44,197 nt of DNA from positions 372,001 through 416,197 of the forward strand of contig UYFQ01000600.1 in the NCBI GenBank assembly GCA_900617105.1. The letters run 5' to 3'. This stretch comes from Hydrurus foetidus. Its lineage: Eukaryota. The notes below the pieces were generated by a model. The model saw only the letters and a list, made by a program, of their open reading frames with translations. It ran no database searches and was not told the DNA's origin. The position numbers and the translations under genes are program-made. The number at the start of each line of letters is the position of its first letter. The first letter of the stretch is position 1. Shown here one piece after another: positions 1-12,086 of the stretch.

Positions 1-1
1 C

Positions 2-615
2 GGCCTGATCCGCATCGAGGGTCGCCCCATGGGCCTGATCGCCAATGATCCGCGCCATCTGGGCGGGGCCATCGACTGCGACGGGGCCGAGAAGGCCGCG
101 CGGTTCCTGCAACTGTGCGACGCCTTCGCCCTGCCGGTCCTGAGCCTGTGCGACACCCCGGTTTCATGGTGGGACCGGGCGAGGACGCCGCCGCCGTGCG
201 CCGGGTCAGCCGCCAGTTCATCGCCGGGGCCAAGCTGCGCTCGCCGCTGTTCACCGTGGTCACCCGCAAGGGCTATGGCCTGGGCGCGCAAGCCATGGCC
301 GGCGGCAGCTTCCACAGCCCGGCCTTCATCGCCGCCTGGCCCACGGGCGAGTTCGGCGGCATGGGCCTGGAGGGCGCCGTCAAGCTGGGCTACCGCAAGG
401 AGCTGGAAGCCCTGAGCGATCCGGCCGAGCAGAAGGCCCTCTACGACCAGCTGGTGGCCCGGCTCTATGCGGCCGGCAAGGCGACCAGCATGGCCGCAGC
501 CCTGGAAATCGACGCGGTCATCGACCCGGCCGACACCCGGCGCTGGATCGTGGGCGGTCTGGACGCCGAGAGCGGGTCGGTCAGGCCGTGGGCGGTGCGG
601 GTGGACAGCTGGTAG
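2..615 (+). CDS. Acyl-CoA carboxylase, carboxyltransferase domain, C-terminal part (5'-truncated; frameshift near 160)
   Basis: ORF 29..415 (GLIANDP..GGAID..KAARFLQLCDAFALPVLSLCDTP) joins ORF 115..615 (GFMVGP..RKGYGLGAQAM..AWPTGEFGGMGLEGAV..EIDAVIDPADTR), giving typical carboxyl_trans motifs. Confidence 0.85.
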
Positions 616-750
616 GGTCGCCTTGCGCCCCGCCTTCACAGGACGCGGAAAGCCAACTCGCCCCTCGCAATCCCGCCGTCACCGCCTTAACTAGGCAGTC
701 GCAGCGCCGGACGTCGCACGTCCTGGCGCCAAGTTGATCCGGAGTCGTCC

Positions 751-1704
751 ATGTCGTTGAGAGTCGCCGTCCAGATGGACCCCGTGCACGGGATCAATAT
801 CGACACCGACACCACCTTCCAGATGGCGATGGAGGCCCAGAGCCGCGGCCACCGGCTGTGGTTCTACACGCCCGACAAGCTGTCGATGGAGGACGGCCGG
901 GTGTTCGCCCGCGCCCAGTCGATGGTGCTGACCGCCACCCACGGGGCGCACGCGACCCTGGGCGAGATCGTGCTGCTCGACATGAAGGACGACGTCGATG
1001 TGGTGCTGATGCGCCAGGATCCGCCGTTCGACATGGCCTATATCACCGCCACCCACTTCCTGGAAAAGGTTCACCCCCACACCCTGGTGGTCAACAATCC
1101 GGCCGAGGTGCGCAACGCGCCCGAAAAGCTGTTCGTCACCGACTTCCCCGGCGTGCAGCCCCCGACCCTGATCACCAGCGACCATGAGGCGATCTACGAC
1201 TTCCGCGCCCGGCATGGCGATATCGTGCTCAAGCCGCTTTACGGCGGTGGCGGCTCGGGCGTGGCGCGGCTGCTGGCCGACGACCCCAATCTCGACGCCC
1301 TGCTGGAACTGCACGCCATGATCGGCCGCGAGCAGGTGATCGCCCAGAAGTTCGTGCCGGCCGTCAGCAAGGGCGACAAGCGCGTCCTGCTGGTCGATGG
1401 CGAGCCGGTGGGCGCGATCAATCGCGTGCCGGCCGCCGGTCAGGTGCGCTCCAACCTGCGGGTCGGCGGCCGGGCCGAAGCGGTCGAGCTGACCGCCCGC
1501 GACCTGGAACTGTGCGCGATCATCGCCCCGGAGCTGAAGCGGCGCGGCCTGCTGTTCGTGGGCATCGACGTGATCGGCGAATACCTGACCGAGATCAACG
1601 TCACCTCGCCGACCGGAGCCCAGCAACTGAAGCGGTTTGGCGGGGCCGACGCCTCGGCGGTGCTGTGGGATCGCATCGAGGCGATCCGCGCCGGCCAAGC
1701 CTGA
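751..1704 (+). CDS. gshB: Glutathione synthetase
   Basis: [68 protein letters not shown]; 317 aa intact. Confidence 0.97.
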   Translation: MSLRVAVQMDPVHGINIDTDTTFQMAMEAQSRGHRLWFYTPDKLSMEDGRVFARAQSMVLTATHGAHATLGEIVLLDMKDDVDVVLMRQDPPFDMAYITATHFLEKVHPHTLVVNNPAEVRNAPEKLFVTDFPGVQPPTLITSDHEAIYDFRARHGDIVLKPLYGGGGSGVARLLADDPNLDALLELHAMIGREQVIAQKFVPAVSKGDKRVLLVDGEPVGAINRVPAAGQVRSNLRVGGRAEAVELTARDLELCAIIAPELKRRGLLFVGIDVIGEYLTEINVTSPTGAQQLKRFGGADASAVLWDRIEAIRAGQA

Positions 1705-1747
1705 CCTGGGATGACGTGACCGTCCTAGGGCGCTGATTTCCCGAAAC

Positions 1748-1762
1748 GTTCATTTTTCGTTC
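1748..1762 (+). promoter_or_regulatory. LexA (SOS) box, alphaproteobacterial type GTTC-N7-GTTC, upstream of comM
   Basis: GTTC-ATTTTTC-GTTC, perfect match ~63 bp upstream of the ATG at 1825; comM is a known alphaproteobacterial LexA regulon member. Confidence 0.85.
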
Positions 1763-1824
1763 TTGCTACACCCTTCACCTCATGGTTCGTGTGTGGATAA
1801 CTCCAACCGATCCATGAGGCGGGC

Positions 1825-3365
1825 ATGGCCGCGAAGGTCGTCACGGTGGCGTTCGAGGGCGTCGAAGCGCGCCGCGTCGATGTCGAGGTGCAGCTGACCA
1901 GCGGCCAGCAGATCTTCGTCATTGTGGGCCTGGCCGACAAGGCCGTGGCCGAGAGCCGCGAGCGGGTGCGCGGGGCCTTTGCCGGCCTGGGGCTGTCGCT
2001 GCCGGGCAAGCGCATCGTCGCCAATCTGGCCCCGGCCGACATGCCCAAGGAGGGCACCCATTTCGACCTGCCGATCGCCCTGGCGGTGATGGCGGCGATC
2101 GGGGTCATTCCGGTGGACGCTCTGGATGACTGGGCGGCCATGGGCGAGCTGTCGCTGGATGGCCGCATCGTCCCCGCCGCCGGCGCCCTGCCCGCCGCCA
2201 TGGCGGCCGGGGCCATGGGCCTGGGCCTGATCTGCCCCGAGGCCAGCGGACCGGAAGCGGCCTGGGCCGGCGGCACCCGCATCCTGGCCCCGCGCTCCCT
2301 GGTGTCGCTGATCAACCACTTCCGGGGCAGTCAGGTGCTGAGCGCGCCCGCGCCCGGTCCGGTGATCGAGGGCGAACGGGCCAGGACCTGCGCGATGTGA
2401 AAGGTCAGGAGCACGCCAAGCGCGCCCTGGAGATCGCTGCCGCCGGCGGGCACAACCTGCTTTTTGTCGGGCCGCCAGGCTCAGGCAAGTCGATGCTGGC
2501 CCAGCGCCTGCCGGGACTTCTCCCGCCCCTGACCTCGGCCGAGCTGTTGCAGACCTCGATGGTCCATTCGGTGGCTGGGCTGATCGCCAGAGGGGCCCTG
2601 ACCCGCGCCCGGCCCTTCAGATCGCCGCATCACTCAGCCAGCATGGCGGCCCTGACCGGCGGCGGCCACAAGGCCAAGCCGGGCGAGGTGTCGCTGGCCC
2701 ATAACGGCGTGCTGTTCCTCGACGAGCTGCCGGAATTCGGGGTGCAGGCGCTGGACAGCCTGCGCGGCCCGCTGGAAACCGGCGAGGTGATGGTGGCCCG
2801 CGCCAACGCCCATGTGCGCTATCCGGCCAAGGTGCAGCTGGTGGCGGCCATGAACCCCTGCCGCTGCGGCCACGGCGGGGCCGGGCGCGGCTATTGCGGC
2901 AAGGCCCCGCGCTGCCAGCGCGACTATCAGGGCCGGGTCTCGGGACCCTTGATGGACCGTATCGACCTGTCGGTCGACATGCCCGCCGTCGCCGACCTGG
3001 CCCTGCCGCTGCCCAGCGAAGGCTCGGCCGAATTCGCCGCCCGGGTGGCCCGGGCCCGCCAGCGGCAGATCGACCGCGCCGAGGCCCATGACAGCCCCGA
3101 GAGCCTCAACGGCCGCGCCGAGGGCGCCTTCCTCGACAAGATCGTCGCCATCGACGACGCCGGCCGCAGCCTGCTGGCCCGCGCCGCCGAGGCCGGCCAG
3201 ATCAGCGCCCGAGGCTGGACCCGCGTGCTGCGCCTCTCGCGCACCATCGCCGACCTGGAAAGCGCCGACGGCGTGCGCCGGGTGCATGTCGCCGAAGCCC
3301 TGGCGCACCGCCGCTCGGCCGCGCCGGGAGGACGTGGCGCCAAGCCATGGGCAGGGGGTGTTTGA
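1825..3365 (+). CDS. comM: YifB/ComM Mg-chelatase-like AAA+ ATPase (frameshift near 2385)
   Basis: IVGLADKAVAESRERV, NLAPADMPKEGTHFDLPIA; then KGQEHAKRALEIAAAGGHN, Walker A GPPGSGKS, RSPHHSAS, PGEVSLAHNGVLFLDE, AMNPCRCG, DRIDL. Confidence 0.93.
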
Positions 3366-3410
3366 GGGCGCGGGCGGTTGAGGGCGGTCGGAATCAAGCC
3401 CTTCGGTCGC

Positions 3411-3708
3411 CTTGGGGCAGACCTGCCAGAACAGGTCGCGCACCCGGTCCCAGTCGCGGAGCAAGGACCCGGCAAAGGCCGAGTCGGTCTCGCGGGCGTG
3501 TTCGGCCACCAGGGAGCGCAGCACGCCTTCCCAATAGGGCGAGGCCAGGCGCTGGACGACGATGCTCTCGGGATTGATGTTGGCTTCGAACCGGCCGTGC
3601 TGGTCGAGGACGAAGGCCATGCCGCCAGTCATGCCGGCCCCGAAATACCGCCCGTCGGACCCAGGATCACCACCTGGCCGCCGGTCACCACTGGCAGTTA
3701 TTGGCGCA
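3411..3708 (-). pseudogene. gltB: Orphan 3' fragment of glutamate synthase large subunit (GXGXG domain end)
   Basis: Minus strand reads ..VTGGQVVILGPTG / FGAGMTGGMAFVLD..INPESIVVQRL..LRSLVAEHARETDSAFAGSLLRDWD..FWQVCPK, the GltB C-terminal signature; only ~100 codons; no gltD. Confidence 0.75.
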
Positions 3709-3794
3709 GAAGCTGAGAGACGGGTCTCGCTCAACACGGCCTCGAGCTGGTTTGTTCGACCACCGTTAGCATGCTCGTTCCTGTTCTCAGGCGC

Positions 3795-5958
3795 TCAATG
3801 GACGCGATCCGGACTGCCCCTACCCTCCGCCGGCACGTCATAAGCCGCCATCATCGCCATATTCAAAATCCGCGACACCGACGCGCTCAGCGGCGTGATC
3901 TGCACCGACTTGCTCAAGCCCAGCAGCACCGGCCCGATCACCGTCGCCCCACCGAGCGACTGCACCAGCTTGGTCGAGATCGAGGCGGCGTGGATGGCCG
4001 GCATGATCAGGATGTTGGCGCTGTCGGTCAGGCGCATGAACGGGTAGTTGGCGCGCTTTTCCGGATCCAGCGCCAGTTCGGGCGGCATTTCGCCCTCATA
4101 TTCGAAGTCGACATCCATCTCGTCGAGCATGGCCACCGCCTCGCGCACCTTTTCCGAGCGCAGGCCCATCGGGTTGCCGAAGGTGGAATAGCTCATGAAG
4201 GCGACGCGCGGCTTGAAGCCCAGGCGGGTGACGGCGCGGGCCGCTTCGCAGGCGATCTCGACCAGTTCCTCGGCCTCGGGCAGCTCGGTGACATTGGTGT
4301 CGGCCACGAAGATGGTGCGGCCCTTGGCCAGCACCACCGACATGCCCATGATCCGGCCGCCAGGGGCGGGGTCGACCACGCGCAGCACGTCTTCCAGGGC
4401 CTGGTCGAAGCTGCGGGTGACGCCGGTGACCATGCCGTCGGCCTCGCCATGGATGACCATCGAGGCGGCGAAGCTGTTGCGGTCCTGGTTGATCAGGCGC
4501 TGGACGTCGCGCTTCAGATAGCCGTGGCGCTGCAGGCGCATATACAGGGCGTCGACATAGTCGGGATTGCGATCCGACAGGCGGGCGTTGATGATTTCCA
4601 GGCCGGCGGTGTCGGGGTCTAGCCCCACGACGCGCATGTTCTCGGCCACCAGGTTTTCGCGGCCGCACAGGATGGCCTTGCCGTAGCCGCCGGTCTGATA
4701 GGCGTAGGCGGCGCGGATCACGCTGGGGTCCTCGCCCTCGGCGAAGACGATGCGCTTGGGATTGGCCAGCACGGCCCCGGCGATCTTCTGCAGGAAGCCC
4801 GCCGTCGGGTCGAGGCGCTGGGCCAGGCCGGCGCGATAGGCGTCCATGTCCTCGATCGGCTTGCGGGCCACGCCGGTGTCCATCGCCGCCTGGGCGACGA
4901 AGGGCGGCACGTACCAGATCAGGCGCGGGTCGAAGGCCGAGGGGATGATGTATTGCGGGCCAAACTTCAGCTGGCGGCCGTGATAGGCGGCGGCCACTTC
5001 GTCGGGCACGTCCTCGCGGGCCAGCATGGCCAGGGCGTTGGCGCAGGCGATCTTCATCTCGTGATTGACGCGGCGGGCCCGCACGTCGAGCGCGCCGCGG
5101 AAGATGTAGGGGAAGCCCAGGACGTTGTTGACCTGATTGGGATAGTCGCTGCGGCCGGTGCCCATGATCGCGTCGCTGCGGACGGCGTGGACCTCTTCGG
5201 GCGTGATCTCCGGATCGGGATTGGCCATGGCGAAGATCACCGGATTGGGGGCCATGCTGGCGATCATCGCCGGGGTGAAGGCGCCCTTGGCCGAGAGACC
5301 CAGCAGCACATCCGCGCCGACCACCGCCTCAGCCAGGGTGCGCTTGTCGGTGTCGACCGCGTGGGCGCTCTTCCACTGGTTCATGCCCTCGGTGCGGCCG
5401 CGATAGAGCACGCCCTTGGAATCGACCGCGATGCAGTTCTCGGCGCGCACGCCCATGGCCTTGATCAGCTCCAGCGAGGCGATGCCCGCCGCGCCGGGGC
5501 CGTTGAGCACGACCTTCACGTCTTCCAGCCGCTTGCCGGTGATGTGGCAGGCATTGATCAGGCCGGCGGCGCAGATGATCGCCGTGCCGTGCTGGTCGTC
5601 ATGAAACACCGGGATGTCGAGCAGCTCCTGCAGCTCGGTCTCGATGCGGAAGCATTCGGGGCTCTTGATGTCCTCCAGATTGATGCCGCCGAAGGTGATG
5701 CCGATATTCTTGACCACCGTGATGATCTCGTCGGCGTCCTTGGAGCTGATCTCGATGTCGATGCTGTCGACGTCGCCGAAGCGCTTGAAGAGGACGGACT
5801 TGCCTTCCATCACCGGCTTCGAGGCCAGCGCGCCGAGATCACCTAAACCAAGAATGGCGGTGCCGTTGCTGATCACCGCGACCAGATTGCCCTTGGAGGT
5901 ATATTCGTAGGCCATGTCCGGATCGGCGGCGATGGCGTGGACGGGCACGGCGACGCCG

Positions 5959-5990
<32 letters not shown>

Positions 5991-6094
5991 GGCCATCGGC
6001 TTGGTGGGACGATCGCGATCTTGCCGGGGGTCGGATAGCGGTGGAAGGCCAGCGCTTCTTCGTCGGTGAAGGTCTTCTTCTCAGAGTCGCTCAT
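3795..6094 (-). CDS. maeB: NADP-dependent malic enzyme fused to PTA-like domain (frameshift near 6000)
   Basis: EEALAFHRYPTPGKI (5873..6142 frame) joins ORF 3795..5996: LSLAYSPGVA, NGTAILGLG, KPVMEGK, INLEDI, FHDDQHGTA, TGRSDYPNQVNNVLGFP; PTA domain RIVFAEGED. Confidence 0.95.
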
Positions 6095-6318
6095 AACCCG
6101 CGTTTCCGTCCTGCATGCCAGTTGATGGGACGAGCCGGACAATGCGGAGCGCCCTTATGGACGGCACCGTAACGAGGGCGCCGCGCCCTCACAACCTGCG
6201 GCGCGGGATAAAAGGGCCCGCAAACGCTTGTTGGGCTTGGCGTTGCGTCAAGCTGCAGGGGTGGCGGCCCCGCGATCCGAGATTGACCCGGCGTCGAAGA
6301 ATGGGTGACTAGGCAGCC

Positions 6319-7092
6319 ATGACAACGCCCGTGAAAATCGCCGTCGCCGGGGCCCTGGGCCGCATGGGTCAGGCCGTCGCCCGCACCCTGGACGGCCATG
6401 CCGCCGCCGTTCTCCACAGCCGCTTTGATCGTCCGGGCGCGGAAGGCGGCGACCTCGTCGAGCGCGACACGGCCCTGGCCGGCGCCGACGCGGTGATCGA
6501 CTTCACCCTGCCGGAAGCCTCGGTGCTGCTGGCGGAGGCCTGCGCGGCGAAAGGCGGCCCGGCCGTGATCATCGGCTCGACCGGCTTTTCCCCCGAACAG
6601 ATCGCCCGCATCGACGCGGCGGCGACCAAGATCGCCATCGTCCGCTCGGGCAACTATTCGCTGGGCGTCAACATGCTGATGGGCCTGGTGAAACAGGCCG
6701 CCGCCGCCCTGCCGGCCAGCGAGTGGGACATCGAGGTCTTCGAGGCCCACCACAAGCGCAAGATCGACGCCCCCTCGGGCACCGCCCTGATGCTGGGCCA
6801 GGCCGCCGCCGACGGCCGCGCCGTGGATCTGGACGCGGTGTCCGTCCGGGCCCGCGACGGCGTCACCGGTCCGCGTGAGGAAGGCTCGATCGGCTTTTCC
6901 GTGGTGCGCGGCGGCGGCATCATCGGCGAGCACAGCGTGATCTTCGCCGGCGAGGAAGAGGTGCTGACCCTGTCGCACAGCGCCACCGACCGGGGGCTGT
7001 TCGCGCGCGGGGCCGTGGCCGCCGCTGTCTGGTCCGTGGGCAAACCGCCGGGCCTCTATGACATGCAGGACGTTCTGGGCTTCCGCCGATAG
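6319..7092 (+). CDS. dapB: 4-hydroxy-tetrahydrodipicolinate reductase
   Basis: [53 protein letters not shown]. Confidence 0.97.
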   Translation: MTTPVKIAVAGALGRMGQAVARTLDGHAAAVLHSRFDRPGAEGGDLVERDTALAGADAVIDFTLPEASVLLAEACAAKGGPAVIIGSTGFSPEQIARIDAAATKIAIVRSGNYSLGVNMLMGLVKQAAAALPASEWDIEVFEAHHKRKIDAPSGTALMLGQAAADGRAVDLDAVSVRARDGVTGPREEGSIGFSVVRGGGIIGEHSVIFAGEEEVLTLSHSATDRGLFARGAVAAAVWSVGKPPGLYDMQDVLGFRR

Positions 7093-7149
7093 GCGTCGCG
7101 ATTTAGACAGGGACCAGAGCCGGGGGGCTTGCATCCAGACCAGGACCTG

Positions 7150-10100
7150 ATGGCCGACCCGACTCCCGATCCCGCTTCCCGCCAACGCGCCTCCCGCCGG
7201 GACCGGCTGGTCGACGCCGGGCTGGAAGCCGTGTCCCTGTCGATGCTGGCCTTCATCGCCGTGGGCCTGCTGGTGCATGGCGGCCGTCGCGAGATCAGCC
7301 GCGAGCTGGCCCAGAGCTGGCTGCGCGAGCGCGGCATCGAGGCGGTGGTGGTGGTCGACGACCTGGACGCCAGCGGCTTTTCGGGCTCGGTGCGGCTGGG
7401 GCCGAAAAGCGACCCGATCTTCGCCGCCGACCGTATCGAGGTGGCCTATGACCTGCAGGCCCCGTGGACTGGCGGTCCCTTCGCCATCGACACTCGCGCC
7501 GTGCGGCTGGTGCGTCCCCGGATCAAGGCCAGCCTGACCGAGACGGGCGGCCTGAACTTTGGCCCCCTGCAGCCGCTGATCGACGAGGCCCTGAGCTCAC
7601 CCAAGGACCCGAAGACGACCGGCCCGGCCATTCTGGTCGAGAACGCCCGGCTGGACCTGCGCACGCCCGGCGGTCTGGCGCGGATCACCGGCGACGCCAG
7701 CCTCGACGACGGCAAGCTGCTGCGCTTCGACGGCCGGCTGGGCCGCATGCGCTACGCCACCGGCGATCTGGTGGTCGAGGCGCGCGGCGCCCTGCTGTCG
7801 GTCCGCAAGCGCGGCGAGCGCCTGACCCTGGCCGCCCGCTTCGATCTGGACGCCCTGGTCCGCGAGGATCTCGAGCTGGAAGACGCCCAGGGCCAGATCG
7901 ACGCGGATCTGGCCTATCCCGACCTGGCGAAACTGTCGGCGACCGGCCCCGTCGAAATCCGCGCCTTGCTCAAGGCCGCCTCGGCCCGGACCGGCGCGAT
8001 CAGCGCCACCGACGCGGCGGCCAGCCTGGCCCTGATCGGCGGGCTGGACGGGAGCCTGAGCCAGGGCCGCTTCGACGGACGGATCGTCGGTCAGGCGCGG
8101 GGCCAGACCCTGCACGCCCCCGAACTCGACGCCCGCGACGTCAGTCTTGACCTCGATCTGGGCCATGTCGCCGCCTCGCGGCTGGGCCAGACGATCGCCG
8201 TCCAGACCCGCGGCCATGTCCAGGCCGACGCGGCCCAGACCCTGACCGGCGGCGCGGCCCTGCGTGACGCCTCCGCCCGGCTGGATCTGGCGGGGCTGAT
8301 CCTGTCGGCCGATCCGGCCGGCCTCGCGGTCAGCGGACCCCTGGCCGTGCAGCTGGGCGCCAACCGCCTGGCCCGTGGCGGCCTGGCCCTGACCAGCGTG
8401 GCGGCCAACGCCAAGGGACGGGTCGGCGGCCGGCTGGACAATCCCACCCTGATCCTCAGCGGCTCGGCCGGCGCCGACAGCGGTGTCTCGGGTCCCGACG
8501 CCGAGCGGCTGGCCGGCGTCCTACCCGATCCCGCCGACGCCCGCGCCGCCGCCCAGGCGCTGCGGACCTTCGACCTGCGCGCCCCGGCCTTCGACCTGAC
8601 CCTGCGCGAGGGCCGCACGATCCTGGCCCTGCCCCACCCCATCACCCTGACCGCCGCCAACGGCGTGCGGGCCAGCATCGCCGCGCCGCGCGGCCCGCTG
8701 CTGGACGCCCTGGCCGGCCAGATGCGCGGCGGCCTGGTCGCCGACCTGTCCGGCGGCGGCCTGCCCACCCTGCGCCTGGACGCCCCCGACTGGCGGATGG
8801 AGGGCGGCGTCCTGAACAGCCGCCTGGCCCTCGCCGGCGAGGGTGTCGACTACGCTCCGCTGGAGGGCGTGGCCGGCCGCATCGAGGGTGTGGCCCAGAT
8901 GGTCGGCCCGCGCTTCAGCTTCGCCCTGGCCGGCTGCCAGCCCCTGACGGCGACGCGCGTCCTGATCGGCGAGACGCCGCTGAGCGCCCCGAAGGTCAGC
9001 CTCTGCCCCGGCGCGGGTCCGCTGCTGACACTGAATGACGGCGCCTGGACGGCCTCGGCCCGGTTCGGCGATCTGGCCGTCTCGCTCGACGAGGCCCAGG
9101 CCGCCGTCGAGGATGGCGGGGGAACCCTCACCGCTTCCGGCGCAAACGGGGCGATGCGCGCCGAGGTCCTGCTGGACAAGGGCCTGCTGCGCGACGGCGC
9201 GGAGACCCGCCGCTTCAATCCGATCAAGGCCGCCGGACGCCTTTCCCTGGCCAACGGCCTGTGGACCGGCGCCATCGACGCCGCGACGCCGGTCGGCCAG
9301 CCGCTGGGCCGCATCACCCTGCGCCACGACGTGGCCCAGGCGCGCGGCCGGGCCGAGATCGACGCCGGCAAACTGGCCTTCGTGAAAGAGGGGCTGCAGC
9401 CGGGCGACCTGTCGCCGATGGCGTCCTGGGCCACCCAGGCCACCGGCCCGGCCAGCTTCACCGGCCTGTTCGTCTGGGACGCCGACGGCATGAAGAGCAA
9501 CGGCCGGCTGGTCGCCAGCAAGCTCGACTTCACCAGTCCGATCGGCTTCGTCGCCACCCTGGACGGAACCGTCGACTTCACCAGCCTCACCCCGCTGGTC
9601 AGCGCGCCCGACCAGAGCCTGAAGATCGTCCGCATCGACAGCCTGGTGCCGCTGGAAGGCCTCGCCGCCGCCTTCAGCCTGGGGGCCGATGCGCTGCACA
9701 TCTCGTCGGCCGCCTTCGAGGCCGCCAAGGGCCGGATCTCGATCGAGCCCACCGACGTGCCGCTGGATCCGGAAAAGCCGATCCGCGGCGTGATCGTGGT
9801 GCAGCACCTGGACCTGGGCGAGCTGATCGCCGCCTCGTCCCTGGTCGAGAAGATCCAGCTGGACGCCGTGGTCGACGGCCGCCTGCCGTTCGAGTTCGGC
9901 CCCAAAGGCTTCCGCTTCCTGGACGGCAGGATCACCGCCATCCAGCCGGGCCGTCTGGCGATCTCGCGCGCCGCCCTCACCGGCGTTCAGGCCGGGGTGC
10001 AGGGCCAGGACAGCGACAGCCCCGGCGCGCCCGCCCCGCCGCCGTCTCCGGAGGCGCCGGTCAACGCCATCCAGGACTTCGCCTATCAGGCCATGGAGAA

Positions 10101-10394
10101 CCTGTCGTTCACCACCCTGGAGGCGGGCGTCAACAGCACCGACCAGGGGCGGCTGGCGATCCTGTTCCACATCAAGGGCGAGCACGACCCCAAGGTCGCC
10201 GAAAGGCCCGCGTCGGGCTTTTGGACCTTTTGCGCGGCAAGGCGTTCAACAAGCGCATCCCCCTGCCGGCCAAGACGCCGGTGGACCTGACCCTCGACAC
10301 CTCGCTGAACTTCGACGAGCTTCTGGAAGCCTGGCGACGCGCCTATAAGGGCGAGGATCCGACTACTCCGCGTTCAGCCCCGGTTCAGCCGTGA
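7150..10394 (+). CDS. ydbH: YdbH-family (AsmA-like) intermembrane protein (frameshift near 10205)
   Basis: ~1080 aa, N-terminal TM helix, beta-rich body, C-terminal DGRLPF..GRL..AMENLSF..FHIKG; sits upstream of ynbE-ydbL; C-terminus continues in frame 9261..10394. Confidence 0.8.
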
Positions 10395-10429
10395 CCGATC
10401 ATCCTTTCCCCCGAACTGGAGACACCCGC

Positions 10430-10609
10430 ATGAGACAGCGCGCCCTGCTGATGGGCCTGATCGCGATGGGAGCGCTGGGTGCCTGCACCCCGACGATCCG
10501 CGTGAAGGTCGATCCGATCAATATCTACGCCAAGCTGGACGCCGACGTCCGGGTGCGGCTGGACAAGGAAGTCCAGACGCTGATCCAGCAAAACCCCAAC
10601 CTGTTCTAG
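10430..10609 (+). CDS. ynbE: YnbE-family lipoprotein
   Basis: Lipobox LGAC, then TPTIRVKVDPINIYAKLDADVRVRLDKEV..NPNLF. Confidence 0.85.
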   Translation: MRQRALLMGLIAMGALGACTPTIRVKVDPINIYAKLDADVRVRLDKEVQTLIQQNPNLF

Positions 10610-10622
10610 GAAAGGAACCGAC

Positions 10623-10979
10623 ATGATCCGCAAGACACTGACGGTTCTGGCCATCGGCCTGTCGCTCGCCGCCGCCGGCGCCAGCGGCGCCATGGCCCAG
10701 TCCGCCGCCGCCAAGGCCACCGTCGACGCCGCCAAGGCCGCTGGGACCGTGGGCGAGCAGGCCGACGGCTTCCTCGGCATCGTGGCCGGCGGCGACGCCG
10801 CCCTGCGCGCCTCGGTCGCCGAGATCAACATTGGCCGCGCCGCCGCCTACAAGGACATCGCCGCCAAGACCGGCGTGACCCCCGAAGCCGCCGGCCAGGC
10901 CACCGCCAAGCAGCTCTACAGCCGCCTGGCGCCGGGCCAGTACTGGAAGCCGCTGGATGGCGGCTGGATGAAGAAGTAG
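10623..10979 (+). CDS. ydbL: YdbL-family (DUF1318) periplasmic protein
   Basis: Signal peptide; AKAAGTVGEQADGFLG, EINIGRAAAY, GQYW..GGWMKK. Confidence 0.88.
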   Translation: MIRKTLTVLAIGLSLAAAGASGAMAQSAAAKATVDAAKAAGTVGEQADGFLGIVAGGDAALRASVAEINIGRAAAYKDIAAKTGVTPEAAGQATAKQLYSRLAPGQYWKPLDGGWMKK

Positions 10980-10989
10980 TGGCCGATCA

Positions 10990-11104
10990 AGTCCTCCACC
11001 TGAAGGGGGAGGCGATCGCGAAGCGATCGGAGGGGGAAGTCGGCGGGCTCATTGCGGTCTTCCCCCTCCGGCCTGCCGGCCGCCTCCCCCATCGGGGGGA
11101 GGAT
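10990..11104. repeat. Palindromic intergenic repeat, family A
   Basis: TCCTCC..GGGGGAGG terminal hairpins, inner CGGAGGGGGAAG/CTTCCCCCTCCG arms; reverse-complement sibling at 26163..26279. Confidence 0.85.
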
Positions 11105-11148
11105 CTCCTGACTGGAACCACCGCTTCAGGTTCCCTAAGAACGGCCTC

Positions 11149-12043
11149 ATGGCCGCCCCGCTCAAATCCCTGACGCCCTATGCCGCGCTGTTTGTCGCGA
11201 TCGTCACGCTGTGCGTCGGCACGTCGTTCGCCAAGCAGCTGTTCCCGCTGGTCGGGGCCCAGGGCACGACGGCCTATCGCGTCGGCTTTTCAGCCCTGAT
11301 CCTGCTGGCGCTCTGGCGGCCCTGGCGATACCCGCTGAGCCGAGCCGACCTCACCGCCGTGGCCCTTTACGGCGCCGTGATGGGGTTGATGAACCTCTGC
11401 TTCTACATGTCGCTGCGCACCATCCCGCTGGGCCTGGCCATCGCCATCGAGTTCACCGGGCCGCTGGCCCTGGCCCTGATCCATTCGCGCAAGCTGATCC
11501 ACTTCGTCTGGATCGGCCTGGCGGCGCTGGGCCTGTTGCTGCTGCTGCCGCTGAAACCCGGCGCCGGGGCCCTGGACCCGGTCGGGGTGGGTTTCGCGGC
11601 GACGGCGGCGGTGCTGTGGGCGCTGTACATCGTGCTGGGCAAGCGCACCGGCCACATGCATGCGGGCCGCACCGTGGCCCTGGGCATGAGCACGGCGGCC
11701 CTGATCGTGGCCCCGATCGGCCTGGCCACGGCCGGCCGCGCTCTTCATCCCCACGTGCTGATGCTGGGCCTGGTGGTGGCGGTGCTGTCCAGCGCCATCC
11801 CTATTCGCTGGAGATGGTGGCCCTGAAGGGCATTCCCAAGCGCAGCTTCGGGGTGATGCTCAGCGCCGAGCCGGCGGTCGGGGCCCTGGCCGGACTGCTG
11901 ATGCTGGGCGAGCGCCTGGCGCCGCTGCAGTGGCTGGCCATCGGCTGCATCATCGCGGCCTCGGCGGGGACGATCCTGACGACGGAGTCGCGAATATCTC
12001 CCATAGGGAGAGGAGGGACCCGCCGCGTAGCGGTGGGAGGTGA
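11149..12043 (+). CDS. EamA/RhtA-like DMT exporter (frameshift near 11800; 3' end uncertain)
   Basis: AKQLFPLVG, MNLCFYMSLRTIPLGLAIAIEFTGPL, WALYIV, LSSAIP / YSLEMVAL..FGVMLSAEPAVGALAG..LGERL; C-terminal frame runs into a repeat with no in-frame stop. Confidence 0.85.
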
Positions 12044-12083
12044 GGGGTTACCCATAGGGAGAGGTTCTCCCTCTGGGAGAGGG
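11995..12083. repeat. Degenerate palindromic repeat between convergent EamA and cysQ
   Basis: TCTCCCATAGGGAGA and TCTCCCTCTGGGAGA hairpins; CCCATAGGGAGAGG occurs twice (12000, 12051). Confidence 0.65.
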
Positions 12084-12086
12084 CTG

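Noticed and set aside
2634..3737. 367-aa minus-strand ORF as a real gene
   Set aside because: Only ~75 residues are GltB-like; the rest is antisense to comM
3754..3786. Second LexA box (GTTC-N7-GTTA and nearby GTTC)
   Set aside because: Imperfect match and no intact gene downstream
1825..3800. Integrative element inserted in comM
   Set aside because: comM domains are contiguous apart from a small frameshift; no integrase or att duplication seen
11114..11138. SigT promoter before the EamA gene (GGAAC)
   Set aside because: No CGTT at 16-17 nt; the GGAACC/GGTTCC pair is just a small hairpin
10979..11173. 64-aa ORF after ydbL
   Set aside because: Translation of the family A palindromic repeat
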